From the NCBI GenBank assembly GCA_964016885.1, contig OZ024745.1, positions 119,412,001-119,476,000 on the forward strand: a stretch of 64,000 nt of DNA, read 5' to 3'. The first letter of the stretch is position 1; each line of letters starts with the position of its first letter. The position numbers and the translations under genes are program-made. The notes under the pieces are model-generated. The model was not told where the DNA came from. It made no database searches and was given only the letters and a program-made list of their open reading frames with translations. Below are positions 56,858-64,000 of the stretch, piece after piece. The DNA is from Eledone cirrhosa. Taxonomy: Eukaryota.

Positions 56858-57230
56858 TCTCATCAACATCCCTCTTTAGGCCCACCACCCTCATCAACAT
56901 CCCTCTTTAGGCCCACCACCCTCATCAGCATCCCTCTTTAGTCCCACCACCCTCATCAACATCCCTCTTTAGGCCCACCACCCTCATCAACATCCCTCTT
57001 TAACTCCACCACCCTCATCAACATCCCTCTTTAGGCCCACCACCCTCATCAACATCCCTCTTTAGGCCCACCACCCTCATCAACATCCCTCTTTAGGCCC
57101 ACCACCCTCATCAACATCTCTCTTTAACCCCACCACCCTCATCAACATCCCTCTTTAGGCCCACCACCCTCATCAGCATCCCTCTTTAGTCCCACCATCC
57201 TCATCAGCATCCCTTTTTAGCCCCACCACC
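56858..57230. repeat. 31-bp minisatellite, about 12 copies
   Basis: Unit cccaccaccctcatcaacatccctctttagg. Confidence 0.95.
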
Positions 57231-57937
57231 ATCACCTTCCTACCACCAATTTAAAGTCTACAATCAAATGTCTATATTTTATTCTTAGCAATCCACATTA
57301 GGCGTTTTTATTTGTTACTGTTGTTGTTAGGATTGGATGAAATTCAAATTTTACTAAGGTTTCTGCTAAAAATTGATTAGTTTTCTACATCGTTCAATAA
57401 ATTATTGCTGTTTTAGTTGTTTTTGTTGTTGGTAAGTGTGTTAATGTTGCTTAATAATATAACATCTTGTTTCTTGGTTGCTGTTTCTTGTTCGTTGTTT
57501 TATCCCTTGCTATTGCTGGCCTTATTTTTTCTTTTAAACATTGCTGTTGATATAGTTTTATCTGTTCTCGGGTATCGCATCTGGACTGCCGTATTTACTT
57601 CTTATTGCAGAGGCTGATATTGTTTCTTGTTGATGTATATATTTGTTATCATGTTCGTGTCTTTGGCCCTGCTTTTTCTGTTTGAATTTTCCTATCCTTG
57701 CTGCTGCTGTTGTCGATTTTCTTTTCGCTGTTGTTATTCTTGATGTTGGTGTTTTTATTTTGTTTCTTTGTTCAATTGCTGGTTTCGTTAGCGTTGATAT
57801 GGTTCATTAATGTTGTTGTTGATAATGTTGACGGTTGTTGCCACTGTTGCTACTGGTGAGGTTTATTACAACTTACACATGCATTTTGATCTCCTTTGGG
57901 AAATAATTGAATTGACTCAATTTTTGTTGTCGATGAT

Positions 57938-58141
57938 ACAGCAACAGGTTGGAGACCCAGGGGTAGACCTCGAGACATATGGTTGGATAATATCCATGAG
58001 CTTGGCTGGTCACGCTTGGAGATCCAGCCGGATCAGTTGGAGACGGTCGCTTCTGTCAGGACCTGCTGGATGGAGTGTTTGAGGACTCTGACCACACAAC
58101 CCTGGGCGAAGAAGAAGAAGAAGAAGAAGAAGAAGAAGAAG

Positions 58142-58176
<35 letters not shown>
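57938..58176 (+). mobile_element. RTE LINE extreme 3' end with (GAA)n(CAG)n tail
   Basis: RPRGRPRDIWLDNIHELGWSRLEIQP; same family as 50590-50800. Confidence 0.8.
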
Positions 58177-58179
<3 letters not shown>

Positions 58180-58924
58180 AATCATTTTTATCGTTTTTTT
58201 TACCGTTTGGTTTTCGTGGTAATGTTATCTTTGTTGTAGATATTTGCCTCCCTCTCCTTTGATGCATCGATTTTATCGATAAGGACTTGGGTTTTGGGAG
58301 TTATTTTTATCATGTAGTTCTAGTTCAATCCAAATCAAGCGAAACTTCGGGTGCAATTATTGGGTCGTCAAGTATGAAATTTGTAGAAATTTGTAGAGTA
58401 AAAAAAAAAAACAACAGATTTCTACAAATTTCATTCTTGACCACCCCATAGAAATCTAGTGCTCTATAATATGTATAATCATGAATTTATTTAAAACCAC
58501 ATCGTGCACCCCCCTCCCCGCATTGCAGATACTATTGTATGGTATGCAGTGTTGGATTTTGTACATGATTTATTGACTGCATCTTGTTAATGTTAAGTTA
58601 TCCCCCATATACCTACAGTACCATTACGTTCATATTAAATTTGATCAAGTTTCATATGCTAGTCTAAAGTATCAGTCATGTAAATTTTAACCTCTTTTAC
58701 TTTGTCTATTTCGTTAGTTCATAAATTTATGTTAGTATGTATTTGATCTAATTCCCTAGTATATTTTATGTTATCTAATATATTAATAGTTTTAATTAAT
58801 TTTCCTATGTTTAAGTTTGCGCTGGGGTATTGTTCTAAACTCAATTTCATAGTAAATTCGTTACTGATTCTGTGGAATATCTGTAACAGAGTTCTCAGTG
58901 GCGTAGAAAATAATACAGCATAGA

Positions 58925-59360
58925 AAATAATTGTTTCTGCTTTGGGTACAAGGCGAGCAATTACCTCAGTGAATTACTGGTGCTTTATTTTATCGACCCC
59001 GTAAGGATGAAAGGCAAAGTTAACCTCGGCGAGATTTGAACTCAGAACGTAAAGGGCCATGATTCTAAGCTGCAAAGCATGATGTCTGACGCTCTGCCGA
59101 TACTGCTAATCCACCGTCCTACAGTATCGAAAATAATGGTTTCTGATTTAGGCACAAGGCCAGCAATTTTGGGGGTGGGGAAAGTCGATTAAATCGACCT
59201 CAGTGCAATACTAGTGGATTATTTTATCGACCCCATAATGATGAAAGGCAAAGTTAACCTCGGTGGGATTTGAACTCAGAACGTAAAGGGTCATAACTCT
59301 ATGCTGCAAAGCATGGTGTCTGACTCTCTGCCGATACTGCCAATCCACTGTCCTACAGTA
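58925..59360 (-). mobile_element. Two tandem tRNA-derived SINEs
   Basis: Copies at ~58925-59120 and ~59135-59360. Confidence 0.88.
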
Positions 59361-59369
59361 TAGAAAATA

Positions 59370-59475
59370 ATATCATTTATATAGAGGAGATGATTGGTTG
59401 TATTACCATCATAGCACAGGTGTTCATATCCTCTCTGGTTTAGTGTTTTGAGTAAAATATTAGCTCCAGTCATAA
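59370..59475 (-). mobile_element. Short R4/Dong-like RT fragment
   Basis: LNQRGY...TNHLLYINDI, resembling NHLLYMDD. Confidence 0.45.
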
Positions 59476-59987
59476 AACAAATGGGAAGAGAGGAAGAAAG
59501 ACGGAGATATGTTAAAATACACCTTTATTAATTTGATATCAATTTTCTCTCTATAATTATCAGTTTTATAAACTGTAAAATTGTTTTCAGTTTATTATGA
59601 AATATATGTAGTACTTATTCATTATTGTTCCTTTTTCACATATATTATAGCTCCAGGGTCTACGAATGGGATACCATATAAAAAACCTTCTGGTAATCAG
59701 CCTATGCTATTCTCAACCCGTACTTCACTTCCCCATCTATTAATGTATAAATCCCGCCGAGGTCAGCTTTGCCTTTCATCCTTATGGGGTCGATAAAATA
59801 AAGCATCAGTAATGCACTGGGGTCGATTTATTTGACTTTCCCCTCCTTCCAAATTGTTGGCCTTAGCCATTAAAGTAGGCATTTGTTGATATTTACACCC
59901 ATATAAACATTTCCGGCATCCGTTCTGTTCTTTTAGAAGTTTGTGTATTTTCTAGGTGAGTATAATTTTAAAGTATGTTTACCTTAA

Positions 59988-60208
59988 CCCTTTAGCATTT
60001 ACATTACTCTTTATTTACTACCATATTTTCACAGTAAAAGCTTTACCTCGCATAATTATGTCAAATAATATCGAATCTATGAGATTTTGATATTATTTAT
60101 TTTGAGAACACTACCTTAACGTCAGTATGAGTAGCCGATTGCAGCCAGTTTCAACAGAAAGAGGTGAGAGAATTCCGGCCGGATACCACCGATTTAAATG
60201 CTAAAGGG
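59988..60208. mobile_element. piggyBac-type MITE
   Basis: TTAA|ccctttagcattta...taaatgctaaaggg|TTAA: perfect 14-bp TIR and TTAA TSD. Confidence 0.9.
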
Positions 60209-60376
60209 TTAAGGCTAATTGTCCAGGTGGGTTACGGATGTATTGATGGAAGGCTTTGCAGCTTCTTTACTCTTGGTAATTATGTAAATCAAGTTTCTTT
60301 TAACATGTCACTGAATATATTTGCAAACATATTGTGAGTACCCATTAGGTATCCGTGGAGAAGTTTCGTACTTTAA

Positions 60377-60637
60377 CTCTTTAGCAATTAAACCGGGCCA
60401 GAATTCTCTTACCAATTTCTGTTCAAACCGGACATAACTGGCCGCCTATACTGACGTTAAGTTATTGTTCTCAAAATAAATAACATCAAAATCTCGTAGA
60501 TTCGATATTATGTGAGATATTATGTGAGATAAAGCCTTTACCACACAAATACAATAGTATATATAGAGTAATGTACATGTTATATGAAATATTATGAGAT
60601 AAAGCCTTTACTATAGAGTAATGTAAATGCTAAAGGG
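60377..60637. mobile_element. piggyBac-type MITE, opposite orientation to 59988-60208
   Basis: TTAA|ctctttagcaatta...taaatgctaaaggg|TTAA. Confidence 0.88.
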
Positions 60638-62539
60638 TTAATAAATCCCTAATGTTTTCTAAATTTTAATGAAATACTTCTTGGGTTGCTTCTTCCCGTT
60701 ATTCTCTTGGCATGAATGATTACTTTAAACATTTACCCGGTGACCTTTCATCCCCACTCTCCATGCTCACCACCTTAAAATCTGTTCTTTATAAAATCGT
60801 TGACATTGCATTCATTTCTGTTTTGATTTTATCTAGTTATTGATAACATTGGTTTTGGTTTGAATAGATATATTTGTTTTGTAGGAAGAGCTATTGTCAC
60901 TTCCTTACGAATGTTTTTTGTGTAATTCAGTAAGAATCTTTTGTATTTGGTGCTGTTTGATTTGTAGTAGTTTTTGTTAGGTAGCATTACCATAGTGTTT
61001 TTGTAGGTTTACCTCTTTGGTGTCTGTGTCCTTTTGTTGTTGATTTTAATCAGGTTTCAGATATAGTTGTCTCGTTTTTTATATTTTCTTCCAATGTATG
61101 TCATCATTCAAGTCTTTATTGTAGCTACCGACCTCTCCACATCATCATCATCATCATCATCATAATAATAATCCTCCTCCTACATCTTCTCCGCTTCCTC
61201 CTCCACCCCATCCTTCTCGTCATCGCCATCATCATAATCATGATCATCATAACCATCCACCTACTGCTTCTTCTCCGCTTCCTCCTCCAACTCCTCCTTT
61301 TTCTCGTCGTCATCAACATGACTATCACCATGCTGCCAACCACCCCCCTCAATCTCCCTTTCCAATATATTCCTCTAATATATAAATATTGATACATTCA
61401 CACAAGAAAGAAAAACAAAGATAGAGATTGACGTTAAAAAGAATTTCAAGTTTAATGTAACAAAAATAAAGAAAATGGCGCCAATATTACATTGGGAATG
61501 AATCACAGAATCTACTTAAACACATGTATGTTTACACCTGAATATGTATTTAAACATAACAAACACACACTTACACATTCATCCTACACACACACTCTCT
61601 CTCACACACATTTATCCTACATACGCATTCGTTGTCTCTCACATACACACATTAACCCTACATACACATTCACCCACCGCACACACACATTCACACGCAC
61701 ATTCACCTTACACACAAACAATGACACACACACACACGCACATTCACACACACTCACACACATTCTCACACACACACACACATTCACCCATCACACAGAT
61801 GTATGTATGTGTATTTTACCTTTTAATGATTAAACATTTTATTCTGATATTTTATATTAATAAGCCCGATATTCCGCACTTCATATACCCATACATTATA
61901 AACACATATATGGCAGACATATCAACTGATACGTTGCATACTATTCACTCTTCAGGAATATATACATCCCACGTCACACACAATGTGGGCATGCGCACAA
62001 CAAATATATCACAAACATTTTACCACTTATATACGCATTAAACCTCAGATTTATTACATCCATTAAACATGAAAAATAATATTTAGCATCCACCGTTGTG
62101 CTAATTTACACACATAGCTGCTGCCATTAATTATGTCCAAAATAAAAATCGGTAAGAAACAACAAAAATGTTTATTTAAAAACCATTTTGAATTTCGTGA
62201 TGGATTTTGATTTGGGTATGATTGGGAAAATGGTGCCTATCTGAACTGGCAAATTACTTCACATTCGTGTCTAAGTTGTGGAAAACGGAAGTAGCCTTTT
62301 TAGCGAAAATAAAATTATTTACTTAGAAAGAAATATTAATAGTGTCATTACATTATTAATATTCTATTTATTAGCAGTTTTTGTCGTGCTATTTAAATAT
62401 TGGGAATTTTTTTCTGTCTGTGTTTGTATTTATGAGATGTGAGCACGTATATAAACCTCGGTATATTTCGGACATTGAAGATATTAGGAATTAGCTATTT
62501 TTATTATTGCTTTTATATCACACAATATTAGAATTGTAG

Positions 62540-62695
62540 ATGCAGGCATTTCTGTGTTTAAGAGGTCCTAAACCATTATGAATTCCTGGGTTCGAATCCC
62601 TGTACGACATCTTGAGTAATGTTTTTACTATAACTTCGACTCCCACCAAGCCTTGTATGGGAAACTGACATTGACCGAAACTGTGTGAAAGCGTA
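62540..62695 (+). mobile_element. Old tRNA-derived SINE (third family); reverse copy at ~53995-54095
   Basis: B box gggttcgaatccc followed by cttgagtaatgtttttactataac...aagccttgt. Confidence 0.55.
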
Positions 62696-63130
62696 TTAGA
62701 GATAGCATTAGACTGATTCGTCTTAATAATTAAGTTGAAGGTACACGTGTCAGTAGATTACTCAGCCGGTAATTCAGGGCTCAGTCGTTCAGTTAAGTAA
62801 TTATCAGATTACTACTCAGCATCGAAGCTGACCAAAAATCCACCATCATTGTCATTTTGAAACAGAATTAGTGGTGTCAAATTAATTGTCATGTAGTTAC
62901 CTTCCTTATTCTTATTTCAAACCATACCAACTTTTGGACCAAGCCAGACCTCCATATAGATAAAAAGTTGGGACGAAGTACTGATCAAGGTGTCCACACT
63001 CAACTCAAATAGGCCGAAAGTAAGCTATTCCTGAATAGTTGGTCAGAGGAAGTGAACGCGTAAATCGCGTCTGTCATCTACTACATGACGATCATGCCTT
63101 GTTCTGATGTATATTTGATGATGATGATGA

Positions 63131-63131
<1 letters not shown>

Positions 63132-63192
<61 letters not shown>

Positions 63193-63200
63193 TTATCTCT
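63132..63200. repeat. (ATCT)n microsatellite
   Basis: Direct inspection. Confidence 0.95.
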
Positions 63201-64000
63201 CTATCTCTCTGTGAGTGTGAGTGTGTGTACGCGCGTATGCATGTGTTTATGTGTGTGTGTATGTCTATGCATCAGTCTTCTGTGCTGTCTTCGTGTACCA
63301 AATTCCACTCAGCCCTATACTAGTAGAAGATATGTCACATCGGAGTCAAACAAGGCGGGTGTTTGTTAAGTTATTTCTTAATCGCAAACCCAACCCAGAC
63401 ATGTATTTATGCATTTGTGTATATTTGTATTTGTAAATATATGTATATATGTATACACATACATAAACAGATGTTACTGTTTATTCGGTGCCCCCAGCAC
63501 ACTCAGTACAGCATAAAAACGCAGTGCCTTGCATTGTGTGAGCAAAAACGTTCAATTCTTTTAATTAGATTTATATTATAACTTTCGTGATTGTGAAACC
63601 TGTCATAAATGAAACTAGACTGTCGTGCAATAATTAACTTTATAACAGCGGCTTAACGAACAATAACACAAGGACGATAACAAAAAGGAATAATAAAATA
63701 ATATAATTAAAAAAGTAATTGTTAAGTTAAACAACGCCACTACTATGAAACAAATGACATGAAGGGAAACGTAGAAACAGGGAAAGAATTCGTAGAAAAT
63801 AAGAAGAATTGCAATATAAAGCAAAATGGGAGGAAATATAAATATAAGACAGCAGGATGACGAATTGAAACAAAAGAACCAACAAAAAACAAAACAAAAA
63901 AGCAAAAAAAAAAAAAATAACTAAAAAAGAATAGAAGAAAATAAGAGGAAGAACGGGTTTAGAAACCTTTCTTTTAGACATTTTGTTACGATGACTTTTT

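Overview
AT-rich, microsatellite-saturated animal genomic DNA with no recognisable host protein-coding gene; probably intergenic or deep-intronic. The repeat complement resembles what I recall of octopus/coleoid cephalopod genomes (inference, not verified). It includes tRNA-derived SINEs, decayed non-LTR retrotransposons (RTE, RTE-X, L1-Tx1, CR1, CRE, R4-like), Penelope-like element (PLE) fragments, non-autonomous Helitrons, and mariner, hAT, piggyBac and Tc2-like DNA transposons. Most long ORFs in the track are translations of (TA)n/(CA)n/(CTA)n repeats. The main hidden signal is at the RNA level. About 11 type I hammerhead ribozyme (HHR) motifs have intact catalytic boxes and about 10 more are decayed; they come from several distinct PLE/retrozyme-like families, often with palindromic stem III, and lie next to (TA)n tracts. 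In two unrelated families the element has folded back into a DNA palindrome centred in hammerhead stem II, suggesting a ribozyme-hairpin-primed inversion mechanism. All calls were made by eye and boundaries are approximate unless termini or target-site duplications (TSDs) are quoted.
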